A DNA stretch of 64,000 nt, taken from positions 1,120,001-1,184,000 of the forward strand of contig CBDBBI010000010.1 of the NCBI GenBank assembly GCA_965202625.1, read 5' to 3'. This stretch comes from a bacterium (lineage in GTDB: Bacteria > UBA8248). Both the position numbers and the translations under genes were made by a program. Shown here in pieces: positions 25,242-35,049 of this stretch. Below the pieces are notes generated by a model. That model ran no database searches and had not been told where the DNA came from. It saw nothing but the letters and a program-made list of their open reading frames with translations. The first letter of the stretch is position 1. The number at the start of each line of letters is the position of its first letter.

Positions 25242-26531
25242 ATGCCCGGGAAAAACTCGAGACGCGACTTTTTGAAACTGGCGGCGGCTGGCGCAGCGAC
25301 CGTCGGTACGGGACCGTTCTTCCTGCGCAAGGCATGGGGCGCAGCCCCCATCAAGATAGGGCACGTCAACACGTTCAGCGGCCCGCTCGCCGCGCTCGGA
25401 GAGCAAGGGCGCTGGGGATTGACGGTTGCGGTCAACCGGATCAACAAAGCCGGCGGAATCAACGGCCGGAATATCCAGATCATTGAACGAGACGACGCCT
25501 TCAAGCCTGCCCAGGCCGTACGCGAGGCGGAGAAGCTGATCCTCAAAGAAAGAATCGATGCTCTCACAGGCACTTCCAGCAGCGGCATCTGCGTTCAACT
25601 GGCGCCGCTGACGAAACGTTACAAGACTCTCTACGTTCTGGGGACGGGTTGCGAGACGACCAACCTGACCGGCGGCAAAGTGGCCGCCTGCCCGCAATAC
25701 GTGTTTCGGCCTTACAACACGACGAAAAGCCAGGCGATCGCCATGGCGCCCTGGGCGATCAAAAACGGGATCAAGATCGCGACCGCCTTGTATATGGACT
25801 TCGCCTGGGGCCAGTCCGTCGCGTTCGATTTCCGCGATGAATTCAAGCGGCTGGGCGGCGAATGGATCGATCCTGTGCCTGTTCCCCTGAAAACGGCGGA
25901 TTACATTTCTTACGTGAACCGGCTTTCGCGCGATGCGGACGCGATCGTGATGGGGATGTCAGGCGGGGCGGCGATTAAATCAATGCTCGCCCTGGGCGAT
26001 ACGGGCATGACCAAAAAGTCCAAAATCCTTGGACCAGCGTCCGTGTGTGACGTGAATACGATCACCCAGCAGGGCAAGAGCGCCGTTGGCGGCTTCTACC
26101 TGCATCGCTATTCGCCCGTGAACGCCCTAGAGGGCTCTCCGTTCGACAACGCGCCGAACCACGCATTTCGCAGTGAATTCATGAAATTGAGCAAGGGCGT
26201 ATTGCCAAGCGGATTCGCCCAGGCGCAGTTCACGGGTATGAACGTCATCAAGTCGGCGATGCAGGCCGTCACATACCAAAACAAGAGGGAAGACACATCC
26301 AGAATGGTGAAATGGCTTGAAGGCGGCAGCACGCCGATGGGGCCGGGACGATTGTTCTCCCAGGGCGGAGACTTCCCGCAGGGCGATATCTACCTGCGCA
26401 GCACCGATCACCAAGGCTTCGTCGATTTTTATATGACGACCGTGGATGAGAATCTTCATTTCAAGATCATCGGCGATAAGGTGCCGATGAAAACGACGCT
26501 TTACGATTCCAAATTCAGCAGTTGCGCCTGA
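25242..26531 (+). CDS. Branched-chain amino acid-type ABC substrate-binding protein with Tat signal
   Basis: SRRDFLK twin-arginine motif; IKIG..SGPLA..G and INKAGGINGR motifs. Confidence 0.9.
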   Translation: MPGKNSRRDFLKLAAAGAATVGTGPFFLRKAWGAAPIKIGHVNTFSGPLAALGEQGRWGLTVAVNRINKAGGINGRNIQIIERDDAFKPAQAVREAEKLILKERIDALTGTSSSGICVQLAPLTKRYKTLYVLGTGCETTNLTGGKVAACPQYVFRPYNTTKSQAIAMAPWAIKNGIKIATALYMDFAWGQSVAFDFRDEFKRLGGEWIDPVPVPLKTADYISYVNRLSRDADAIVMGMSGGAAIKSMLALGDTGMTKKSKILGPASVCDVNTITQQGKSAVGGFYLHRYSPVNALEGSPFDNAPNHAFRSEFMKLSKGVLPSGFAQAQFTGMNVIKSAMQAVTYQNKREDTSRMVKWLEGGSTPMGPGRLFSQGGDFPQGDIYLRSTDHQGFVDFYMTTVDENLHFKIIGDKVPMKTTLYDSKFSSCA

Positions 26532-26545
26532 TCTGGGAGCCTGAA

Positions 26546-26592
26546 GAAAGCCGCCTGCCTTTCACGCGGGGCGGGAGGGGGCGGCGGCTTTC
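26546..26592 (+). terminator. Intergenic stem-loop after the substrate-binding gene (mRNA stabiliser or attenuator)
   Basis: GAAAGCCGCC ... GGCGGCTTTC 10-bp inverted repeat. Confidence 0.5.
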
Positions 26593-26616
26593 ACATGGGC
26601 GCTTGGAAGGTTTCGA

Positions 26617-27372
26617 GTGGCTGATTCCATTCTTGAAACAAAGGCTCTGACCAAAGAGTTCGACGGGTTGGTTGCCGTGGACCACGTTGACTTTCAACTC
26701 CCCAAAGGCCAGTTGCGGGCCATCATTGGTCCGAACGGCGCCGGCAAAAGCACATTTTTCAGCATGTTGATGGGCGTGCAGCCACCATCGAACGGCGAGA
26801 TCCGGATCAAGGGGACCGAGACGTCCCGTATGCCCCCCCATAAGATCAGCCGACTCGGAGTCAGTCTCGCGTTTCAGGTCACCAACATATTTCCCAACCT
26901 TTCGGTAGAAGACAATTTGCGCCTCGCCGCCCAGAATCGCGCCATGCGCTTTAATCCGTTTCGCAACGCCGCCAATCATGAAAAGGTAGAGCGCAAGGTG
27001 GAAGAAACGCTCGAGGAAATCGGACTGGCCGCAAAAAGAGGAGAGCTGGCGTCCAACTTGGCTCATGGAGAGCAGAAATATCTGGAAATCGGTCTTGCTT
27101 TGGCCCTTTCGCCTGAATTATTGCTTCTTGATGAGCCGACCGCTGGAATGAGCGCGGTCGAAACCAAGCAAACGGCCGATCTGATTAAACGGTTATCCGA
27201 GAACCTGAGCGTCGTTCTCGTGGAGCATGACATGGAAGTCGTGATGTCCATTGCCGAGAAGATCAGCGTGTTTCACCAAGGACGAATCATAGCGGAGGGG
27301 TCTCCCTCTGAGATAAGAAATGACGACGATGTGCAGCGCGTATATTTGAAAAGTTCCCATGCTGCGGCTTGA
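26617..27372 (+). CDS. LIV-type ABC ATP-binding protein (LivG-like)
   Basis: GPNGAGKS, LLLDEPTAG and VEHDM motifs. Confidence 0.92.
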   Translation: MADSILETKALTKEFDGLVAVDHVDFQLPKGQLRAIIGPNGAGKSTFFSMLMGVQPPSNGEIRIKGTETSRMPPHKISRLGVSLAFQVTNIFPNLSVEDNLRLAAQNRAMRFNPFRNAANHEKVERKVEETLEEIGLAAKRGELASNLAHGEQKYLEIGLALALSPELLLLDEPTAGMSAVETKQTADLIKRLSENLSVVLVEHDMEVVMSIAEKISVFHQGRIIAEGSPSEIRNDDDVQRVYLKSSHAAA

Positions 27373-28072
27373 AGCTGTCCACTCCTATTATGCCAAGAGC
27401 CATATTCTGCAAGGAGTCAGTCTCGAAGTGGGCAAGGGCGAGACCGTCTCGCTGCTGGGGCGCAACGGAGTGGGTAAATCGACCACCATGCGGACCATTA
27501 TGGGACTGAATCCGCCGCGCCACGGCAATATATTCTTTGAAGAGCGAGACGTCACCGGCATTCCACCCTACAAAATAGCGGCGCTTGGCATCGGCTACGT
27601 TCCGGAGAATCGTCAGGTGTTCCCCAGACTATCGGTCATGCAAAACTTGCGCATCGGTCTAGACTTGCTTCCATTGAGCGAAGGGGAGAAACAAAAAAAT
27701 CTGGACTCCGTCTATGAGTCGTTTCCTCGCCTGAAGGAGCGGCCCGATCAAGTTGGCTCCACTCTTTCTGGCGGAGAGCAGCAAATGCTCTCCTTGGCGC
27801 GGGCGATCGTCATCAAACCAAAACTTATATTGCTCGATGAACCAACCGAGGGACTGATGCCCGCCATGGTCGGCGAGATCGAACAGATAATCCGGTGGAT
27901 GAGTGAGGAATTCGGAATCGCCACCCTCCTCGTAGAACAGGATTATCGATTGGCTCTGCGAGCGAGCACCCGGTGCTATATCATGGCCAAGGGCCAGATC
28001 GTCCATAGCGGCGCGTCGGAGGACATTCTGGCTGACGCAAAGGTTCTCAACGAACACCTGGGCATCTCTTGA
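27359..28072 (+). CDS. LIV-type ABC ATP-binding protein (LivF-like)
   Basis: GRNGVGKS, LSGGEQQM and LDEPTEGL motifs. Confidence 0.92.
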   Translation: MLRLEAVHSYYAKSHILQGVSLEVGKGETVSLLGRNGVGKSTTMRTIMGLNPPRHGNIFFEERDVTGIPPYKIAALGIGYVPENRQVFPRLSVMQNLRIGLDLLPLSEGEKQKNLDSVYESFPRLKERPDQVGSTLSGGEQQMLSLARAIVIKPKLILLDEPTEGLMPAMVGEIEQIIRWMSEEFGIATLLVEQDYRLALRASTRCYIMAKGQIVHSGASEDILADAKVLNEHLGIS

Positions 28073-28956
28073 TGGAGCATTTTCTCGAACGCCTGGTCAT
28101 CGAATCCGTCATGGGGCTCCAGAATGGCCTCATGCTCGCCCTCGTCGCCGCGGGTTTCACCCTCATCCTCGGCGTTATGAATATCGTCAACTTTGCCCAT
28201 GGGGAGTTCTATATGGCCGGCGCGTTCGCCGGCTGGCTCGTGCTGAAACTAAGCTCCGGCATCGTCGGGTTTTGGGGCGCGGTAGTAATCGCCGGAGTTC
28301 TCGTCGCCGCCCTCAGCTTTGCCATAGAACGAAGTTTGTTCAGGACGACTCATGGAGGAAATCCGTTTATTCCTTTGTTGGTGTCGTTCGGACTGGCACT
28401 GGTGCTTCAGCAGGCGGCTTTGACGATTTTCGGCACCATTGGCAAGTTTATGCCTGCGCCGATCAAGTCTTCCATTCCTTTTTTTGACCTGGAATTCCCC
28501 CTCTACAGGATTGTCATCATGGGGGTGGCCACGTTCATTATGTTCCTGCTTTGGCTGTTCATTACACGATCGAAGTGGGGAGTATGGATACAGGCGACCA
28601 TCCAAAACCGGGAGATGGCCGCTTGCGTGGGCGTGCCGGTGCCCCGGGTGTATCAGTTGGTCTTCTCCGTTGGATGCGGGCTTGCCGCGATGAGCGGCGT
28701 TCTAGTCGCTCCGATATTTAGCGTCTCCTATTCCATGGGGGCGGATATCATCGTTGCCGCTTTCATCGTCGTCGTCGTGGGCGGTCTCGGCAGTTTACCG
28801 GGAACGATGCTCGCCGCGCTGTTAATTGGCGAACTGGAGGCCATAGGCGCGATCTTTCTGACAGGTTCCCAACCACAGATTCTCAGCCTCGCCGTACTCA
28901 TGGTCTTCCTCGTTTTCCGACCTAACGGCTTGATGGGGGAGAGAGGTCTCGAATGA
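28072..28956 (+). CDS. LIV-type ABC permease (LivH-like)
   Basis: VNFAHGEFYM, VVVGGLGS and FRPNGL motifs. Confidence 0.9.
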   Translation: MEHFLERLVIESVMGLQNGLMLALVAAGFTLILGVMNIVNFAHGEFYMAGAFAGWLVLKLSSGIVGFWGAVVIAGVLVAALSFAIERSLFRTTHGGNPFIPLLVSFGLALVLQQAALTIFGTIGKFMPAPIKSSIPFFDLEFPLYRIVIMGVATFIMFLLWLFITRSKWGVWIQATIQNREMAACVGVPVPRVYQLVFSVGCGLAAMSGVLVAPIFSVSYSMGADIIVAAFIVVVVGGLGSLPGTMLAALLIGELEAIGAIFLTGSQPQILSLAVLMVFLVFRPNGLMGERGLE

Positions 28957-30089
28957 TCGCTCTCGCGCTTCGAATTGGGGCGCCGGTTATCACCTTGGCA
29001 GGAGTAGTCTTCTGGCTTTTACCAATATGGGCGGCAGCGAAACTGCTTGTCACGCTCGCTTTGTTGCCGATTATCGTATGGCTTCTATCCAGAATGCCCG
29101 ACAGAATGAAAGCTGTCGTCCAACCGTTGATTCGCGTCAGGTATGCTGGTCCCGTAATTTTTGCGATGGGACTAAGCCTACCGATTTGGGTCGGTGATTT
29201 TGAGCAGCGATTTTTCAGCGAGATGCTTATCCTGGGTTTGCTGGCCATGAGTCTCGACGTCATGATGGGCTTCGTCGGACTCGTCAGTTTCGCACATGCC
29301 GCACTGGCGGGAGTCGCAGCCTACACCGCCGCGATCATGCTGACCAGATTCGAATGGAGTCCCTGGGCGGCGATCGCGCTCGCCGTTGCGACGGGGACTA
29401 CGCTCACGACCTGTATGGGTGCGTTCTCCGTGCGCGTGCGCGACATATATTTTGGCATTATCACGCTTGTTTTTGGCAGCGTCGCATTCATCATGGCAAA
29501 CTCATGGGTCTCCATGACCAACGGTGAGGACGGCATGACCATTGATCTGGCCGTACTCGATTTCTTCGGTATGTTCACAGTCGACACGGGAGTGTTGAGT
29601 CACTTTTGGTACCTGACGTTCGGAGTCGTGTTTTTGTCCTATCTGTATCTGAGAGCGTTCCTCCGCTCTCCCGTTGGGCTGGTATTTCAAGGTATTCGTG
29701 AAAACGAGCGGCGGACCGCTTACCTTGGCTACAACGTCAACGCCTACAAAGTCCTCAACACGGCCGTCTCCGGATTTTTCACCTCAGTGGCGGGGGTGTT
29801 GCTGTTGCTGAAAAACGGCATTATCGGTACCGAACAGATGGATGTCATTCACTCCGGCGAGATCGTCATCTGGTCGGTCGTCGGCGGAATCGGAACTCTC
29901 GTCGGACCTTTCGTCGGCGCAAGTTTCGTCCATATCCTCAACGATTTCCTCGGTGAATATACCGAACGCGCAATCCTGATTATCGGTTTATTTTTCATCA
30001 TCACGATATTATTGGCTCCAAAGGGCATCGTCGGGTCGATAGCGGGAGTGTGGCGAGAGCGGCAAACATCCGCCGAGAAGGAAGGGTAA
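28953..30089 (+). CDS. LIV-type ABC permease (LivM-like)
   Basis: GLVSFAHA, YFGIITL, IRENE and GGIGTLVGP motifs. Confidence 0.9.
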   Translation: MIALALRIGAPVITLAGVVFWLLPIWAAAKLLVTLALLPIIVWLLSRMPDRMKAVVQPLIRVRYAGPVIFAMGLSLPIWVGDFEQRFFSEMLILGLLAMSLDVMMGFVGLVSFAHAALAGVAAYTAAIMLTRFEWSPWAAIALAVATGTTLTTCMGAFSVRVRDIYFGIITLVFGSVAFIMANSWVSMTNGEDGMTIDLAVLDFFGMFTVDTGVLSHFWYLTFGVVFLSYLYLRAFLRSPVGLVFQGIRENERRTAYLGYNVNAYKVLNTAVSGFFTSVAGVLLLLKNGIIGTEQMDVIHSGEIVIWSVVGGIGTLVGPFVGASFVHILNDFLGEYTERAILIIGLFFIITILLAPKGIVGSIAGVWRERQTSAEKEG

Positions 30090-30129
30090 GGGCGCGGGTT
30101 GCCAACGACTTGCACAGTGCTCCTTCCGG

Positions 30130-30177
30130 CAAAAGCGAGCGCGCGGCCCCGTTCAAGTACTCGCTTTTGTTTCTTTC
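30130..30177 (+). terminator. Inverted repeat with T-rich tail after the ABC operon
   Basis: CAAAAGCGAG ... CTCGCTTTTG followed by TTTCTTT; the loop is large. Confidence 0.4.
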
Positions 30178-30286
30178 CGTAACGAAATAGTCCACTTCAT
30201 TTTACGAGCGGCGCAACACCCAAAAAACTCACGAAAGCGCAAGCGATGCGTTCTGATCGCCGGGCGAGAGGAGGGCTTTTGACGCT

Positions 30287-30952
30287 CTACGCCATGTCCT
30301 TCTCTTGAAACGCAATGCGTCTTCCCGGCGGTTCCACCACCAGGTGGAGCGCTTCAGCCAGCCTTCCCGAAAGATGCCACATGCCGCAAATAAAGGTGAG
30401 CTCCACTATCTGGCGATTGGAAAAGTATTTTTTCATCTCACCGAATGCAAAGTCGTTGTTTTTCGCCGTGAATTTCGACACTTCGTCCGCCCATCGGATA
30501 ACGGCCTTCTCCTTGTCATCGAACAAATCGCTGTCTTTCCAATCATCGCCCTCCAGAAGGTCCATCTGCCGCTGGCTCACGCCCAGAGCCCGACCGAGCT
30601 CCACGTTGTGCCCAATTCAGTTGTTGCACTCCGTCAGTACGGCTGTTTTGACGATGACCAGCTCCATGAGCCGAATATAATCGGATTCCGTCTTCAATCG
30701 GTTCGTGCGGAGTTTTTGGTCGAGCAGCATCCATCCTTCCACGGTCGGGGGCGAATTCCCCAACAACTGTAAAAAACGCGGAACGGCACCCCACATCTGC
30801 ATCGACCACTCATAGAGTGGAACGAGCTCATCCTTGAGTTCAGCAGGAATAGCGTCAGGAACGACAAAGGGCAGCCTTGGCAACGGACACGCCATCATCT
30901 CATCGGTCACGCCCAGACTATCTGGCAAACTTGTCGCCTCGTCCATAGACAT
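30287..30952 (-). CDS. AhpD/carboxymuconolactone decarboxylase-family selenoprotein with CxxU motif
   Basis: ORFs 30617..30952 and 30287..30604 are in frame and joined by TGA at 30617-30619: ELVIVKTAVLTE-CNNU-IGHNVELGRALG, matching the AhpD CxxC..H pattern. Confidence 0.88.
30586..30616 (-). promoter_or_regulatory. Putative bacterial SECIS hairpin
   Basis: GAGCTC-GGTC-GGGCTC stem-loop; the GGUC loop (as in the E. coli fdhF SECIS) starts 21 nt after the UGA. Confidence 0.65.
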
Positions 30953-30964
30953 TGGATTCTCCTT

Positions 30965-33214
30965 TTAGGGGCTGCTCGTCGCCAGTGCCTCACGAATGTG
31001 ATGCGGACCAACGGGCAATGAGAACACGGGCGTTCCCACAGCGTCTTGAATCGCATTCACTATTGCCGCGGCGGTCGCCACGATGGGAGGTTCACCCACG
31101 CCCCGCATCCCGTAAGGCGTGCCCTCGGCTGGATTATCGAACAAGACGGCACGCAGCTCCGGCATGTCCATGCTGGTGGGAATGAGGTATTCATGGAAAG
31201 TATCGCCATGCAAATTCCCATCCGGGCGCCTGGGCTGCTCTTCCATCAGAGCCAAACCGAGTCCCTGTATCATCGCGCCTTCAATCTGTCCCACCACAGA
31301 CAACGGATTGATGGCGAATCCCACGTCCTGCACGCATACAAGGCGCAAAACCCTGATCTCGCCAAGTTCAGGGTTGACCGCCACGTCCGCTATCTGTCCA
31401 GTATGTATCGGGCACGGAGGCGGCTTCGCGCTCTCGCCTTGTCCAATCAAAAATCCCTGAATTTCCGGCGCCGCCATGGCCACCTGCGCAAGCGTCAGGG
31501 AGCGATCAGGGGACGAGCCCACCTTGACTCGTCCATCTTCTAAAACCAGATCGTCCTCCGCAGCTTCGAGTTTGACGCTCGCCACGCCCAATATCTTGTT
31601 TCGCAAATCGCGCGCCGCGCTCAACGTGGCCATTCCTACCGCGCGCGTCGCCTTGCTCCCCGACGCTGCGGATGATTCAGGCGCCGAATCCGTATCGCCG
31701 TTTGTGTAGCGCACCTCATCCAGACCGACGCCCAATTCCTCCGCGGCGAGTTGGCATACCGAAGTGCTCATGCCCGTGAGGTTGACCGTCCCCGCTACCA
31801 CCTGCACCGTGCCGTCCCGATTCAGGCGAACCGCACAGCTGGACGCCTCTCCCGGCCCCGGCCAGTATCCACAAGCAATGCCGCGTCCGAGTTTCCAGCC
31901 CTCCCCCTCAAGCGCGCCGTTGGCCTCGATCGGTCGCCCCCATTCGCCCTCCATCGCCGCCGCGTCGAGGACGCCGCGCATGGATGGGTTCCGCTCTTTG
32001 CCCGCCAACGTTTCATCGCCAGAATGAAGAGAATTGATTCGCCTTATCTCAAGAGGGTCCATTCCCATCGCGCGCGCGATGATGTCCATCTGCACTTCCG
32101 TGGCGAAATGATATTGAGGACCGCTCGGAGCGCGCACGGGGCCACAAATAGGCCCGTTGGTATACACCGTGCACGCACGAATTCTGACGTTCGGAATGCG
32201 ATAGGAGGATGAGCCCATCAACATCTTGCTGCTGCATTGAAACGGCGCACCTCGCCCATACGCTCCGTGATCCATTGTGACGTCAAGTTCCCGGGCCACG
32301 AGCGTTCCGTCGTTCTTCACGGCCGTGCGTATGGTGATGAAATGCGGATGCCTTGGATTTACGCCGACGTGATCCTCTTCTCGGGTCATCTCCATGCGCA
32401 CGACCCGGTCCGTCTTCAAGGCCAGAAGAGCGGCGACGTGCTCATGCACGCTCTTCAGCTTCGCGCCGAAACCACCCCCAATTTCGGTAGGAACAACGCG
32501 AACCTGCGTCGTCGGATAGCCAAGCGCCTCGGCTACGTCCGCTCGAATGCTCCACGCATCCTGCGTGGTCGTCCAGATCGTGACTTTCCCGTCCGCACCG
32601 GCCTCGGCGACGCACGCATGGGGCTCGATATAGCCAGCATGTACGAACGGCGTGGAAAAAGTATGTTCAAAAACCCTGTCCGCCTCCTCGTATCCGGCGT
32701 CGACGTCTCCGATCTCCTTTTCAAACTGGGCGATGACGTTCTTTTGCGCGTTCGGACCCAACCCCAATTCTCGCCAATCCTCATGAACGGCAAGCCCCTC
32801 GCCCGCGCGGCTGCGCAAACCGTTCACAACCGGCTCCAAAACTTCATACTCCACGCGAATCAATTCGAGGGCGGCCCGGGCAGCATCCATATCCTCGGCG
32901 GCCACGGCAGCCACCGGCTCTCCGCCGTAGCGAACAAAACCATCTTGCGCAAACCAACTCTGATCCTTGATGTTGGCGCCGAATCGAATTCGAGGCGCTT
33001 CGTCTCGCGTCAATACAGCGCGGACGCCGGACACCTTGCGCGCCTCGGCCGCATCCACGCTTTTCACTTTGGCATACGGGTGAGGGCTGCCCAAGACGAG
33101 ACCGATGAGCGCTCGGCTCGACGGGACGTCGGCCGCATATCTTGCGCTTCCAGATACCTTGTCTGGGGCGTCAATTCGGGCGTGCCCCAAGCCCGCCACT
33201 TTATAGTCTGTCAT
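30965..33214 (-). CDS. Xanthine dehydrogenase/aldehyde oxidase family molybdopterin-binding large subunit
   Basis: DKVSGSARYAAD, IEPHAC, GGGFGAK, VRAPSGPQ, GQIEG and GVGEPP motifs. Confidence 0.92.
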   Translation of the reverse strand: MTDYKVAGLGHARIDAPDKVSGSARYAADVPSSRALIGLVLGSPHPYAKVKSVDAAEARKVSGVRAVLTRDEAPRIRFGANIKDQSWFAQDGFVRYGGEPVAAVAAEDMDAARAALELIRVEYEVLEPVVNGLRSRAGEGLAVHEDWRELGLGPNAQKNVIAQFEKEIGDVDAGYEEADRVFEHTFSTPFVHAGYIEPHACVAEAGADGKVTIWTTTQDAWSIRADVAEALGYPTTQVRVVPTEIGGGFGAKLKSVHEHVAALLALKTDRVVRMEMTREEDHVGVNPRHPHFITIRTAVKNDGTLVARELDVTMDHGAYGRGAPFQCSSKMLMGSSSYRIPNVRIRACTVYTNGPICGPVRAPSGPQYHFATEVQMDIIARAMGMDPLEIRRINSLHSGDETLAGKERNPSMRGVLDAAAMEGEWGRPIEANGALEGEGWKLGRGIACGYWPGPGEASSCAVRLNRDGTVQVVAGTVNLTGMSTSVCQLAAEELGVGLDEVRYTNGDTDSAPESSAASGSKATRAVGMATLSAARDLRNKILGVASVKLEAAEDDLVLEDGRVKVGSSPDRSLTLAQVAMAAPEIQGFLIGQGESAKPPPCPIHTGQIADVAVNPELGEIRVLRLVCVQDVGFAINPLSVVGQIEGAMIQGLGLALMEEQPRRPDGNLHGDTFHEYLIPTSMDMPELRAVLFDNPAEGTPYGMRGVGEPPIVATAAAIVNAIQDAVGTPVFSLPVGPHHIREALATSSP

Positions 33215-33423
33215 CGCCACCTCAGAGAGAAATATGGGTGAACGGGCAACTCAAAAACGCAACCAGTGCCCCCTCGTCAAATCCGGTATCGCTCGTCCAA
33301 AATCCTTTCTCAGCCAGCCTATCTTCCACAGTTCGCAGGAGCGTCACCTTTTTTATTCGGAAAGACTTGCATGACCCTTGAATCTATCATCAAGTCGCCT
33401 TTTGCTCCTGCTGATGAATGCCC

Positions 33424-33825
33424 CTATTCGGGAATGTCCGGCGGCTTCGCGCCGTGCGTCGCTCGAATTTTGGTTTTTATATTTCCTCTCACGTTAAAAT
33501 CCCCCTCGATCCAGGCCCATTTCGGCGCACAGACCGCGACCAAGTCATCCAGTATGCTGCTGACCACCTGTTCATGAAAAATTTCCCGATTCCGATAACT
33601 ATTGATGTAGAGCTTCAAAGATTTGAGCTCGACTATTTTATCTCCAGGGATATATTTGACGTGGATATTCGCGAAATCAGGGAAGTTGCTGATGGGACAA
33701 AGACAAGTGAACTCAGGAATCGTAAAATCGACAACATAATCTCGCCGCCCGGAAGGATTCGGAACCGCCTCCAGCCTCGCCTCCGCGATCATTCTCGCGC
33801 CATATTTCATCTCGCCTTGCGACAT
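33424..33825 (-). CDS. queF: preQ1 synthase (NADPH-dependent 7-cyano-7-deazaguanine reductase)
   Basis: EFTCLCP..PDFA, VELKSLKLY, FHE and FNVRG motifs. Confidence 0.95.
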   Translation of the reverse strand: MSQGEMKYGARMIAEARLEAVPNPSGRRDYVVDFTIPEFTCLCPISNFPDFANIHVKYIPGDKIVELKSLKLYINSYRNREIFHEQVVSSILDDLVAVCAPKWAWIEGDFNVRGNIKTKIRATHGAKPPDIPE

Positions 33826-33830
33826 GGCCG

Positions 33831-34931
33831 CTATGCTCCAGGGGTTAAATTCACCAGTAAAGCCCCATCCTTTCGGGCCACGAACGTATCATGCGCTTCT
33901 TGATATTCCCTGAGCGGAAAATGATGGGTGATATATGGGTCCACCTTCATTCTGCCGGCATGGATGAGCACCAAAACCTCATCCCCGCAATTCGGGTTCG
34001 CTCGAACGCCAAAGACGTCCATTTCCTCAAGCACCACGCGCTTCCACGCCAAATCAGGAATGTTGTCCGGTATGCCGGTGATGGCGACGCGCGCGCCTTT
34101 GCCGCCGCAATCCACGCTCCACTTGAAGCTATCCGTGGTTCCAGCGGTTTCCAGAACCACGTTGGCCTTTCTGCCGCCAGTTATCTCGTCTATCCGTTCG
34201 GGCACGCCGCCCTCCCGGTAGCTGATGACTTCCGCCCCCTGCTCTCCCAGAATATCGAGTCTCCTGCCGCCTCCCACGACGATCACGCGCCCCGCCCCCA
34301 TCGCCTTGGCCGATTCGTAAGCGAAGACGCCGATGGGGCCCGAGCCCAATACCACGACCGTATCGCCGGGGTGGACGCCGGCGCGCTTCGCCGTCCATAA
34401 ACCGCAGGCGGCCGGGTCCACGGCCGATCCGTGCGCGAAAGACATGCCCTCAGGCATCTTATGCAGCGCGCGTATGTTGTTGGCCATATACTCCGCATAC
34501 GCGCCTTGCGTGATATGCCCATACTGCCTATGGCCGGTGATCGCGTTTCCATAATTATAGCAGAGGTTGTAGCGGCCGATAAGACACATGCGACAAGCAC
34601 CGCACCCCGCGTGGCTCGTCCCCGCCACGGCATCGCCCATGTTCAGGCCGAAGCCCCCGGTCATCGGGCCCATGGCGACGATTCTGCCCGCCCATTCATG
34701 CCCCAATATGGCGGGGAGTCGAGGCGGCCAGCGGGGAAGGTGCCCTCCTTTGATGATTTCGACGTCCGTTCCGCAAATCGTGGCGCACTCCACCTTGACG
34801 AGCACTTCTCCTATGCCCGGCTCTGGAACGGGAACAGATTGAATTTCAAGAACTCCTGGCGCGGTCATCACGACCGCCTCCATCTTGTCCCCTATCTCCT
34901 CTCCATAGCGCACTTGGAACTGTGAGGACAT
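33831..34931 (-). CDS. Zn-dependent medium-chain (threonine/sorbitol-type) dehydrogenase
   Basis: ICGTD, GHEWAG, CGACRMC..C and GSGPIG motifs. Confidence 0.9.
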   Translation of the reverse strand: MSSQFQVRYGEEIGDKMEAVVMTAPGVLEIQSVPVPEPGIGEVLVKVECATICGTDVEIIKGGHLPRWPPRLPAILGHEWAGRIVAMGPMTGGFGLNMGDAVAGTSHAGCGACRMCLIGRYNLCYNYGNAITGHRQYGHITQGAYAEYMANNIRALHKMPEGMSFAHGSAVDPAACGLWTAKRAGVHPGDTVVVLGSGPIGVFAYESAKAMGAGRVIVVGGGRRLDILGEQGAEVISYREGGVPERIDEITGGRKANVVLETAGTTDSFKWSVDCGGKGARVAITGIPDNIPDLAWKRVVLEEMDVFGVRANPNCGDEVLVLIHAGRMKVDPYITHHFPLREYQEAHDTFVARKDGALLVNLTPGA

Positions 34932-35049
34932 GAAACGCGCCTCCTCCCTCGTGTATTCACGATACGCCCATTTGAAGAATGAACACCACAGATTCTTGTA
35001 AACCAATTACGAACTTACCCGCAAGCCAACAAGGCTATGGGCCATCGCA

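Noticed and set aside
33826-33830. preQ1 riboswitch for queF
   Set aside because: Only 5 bp separate queF from the upstream dehydrogenase gene, leaving no leader.
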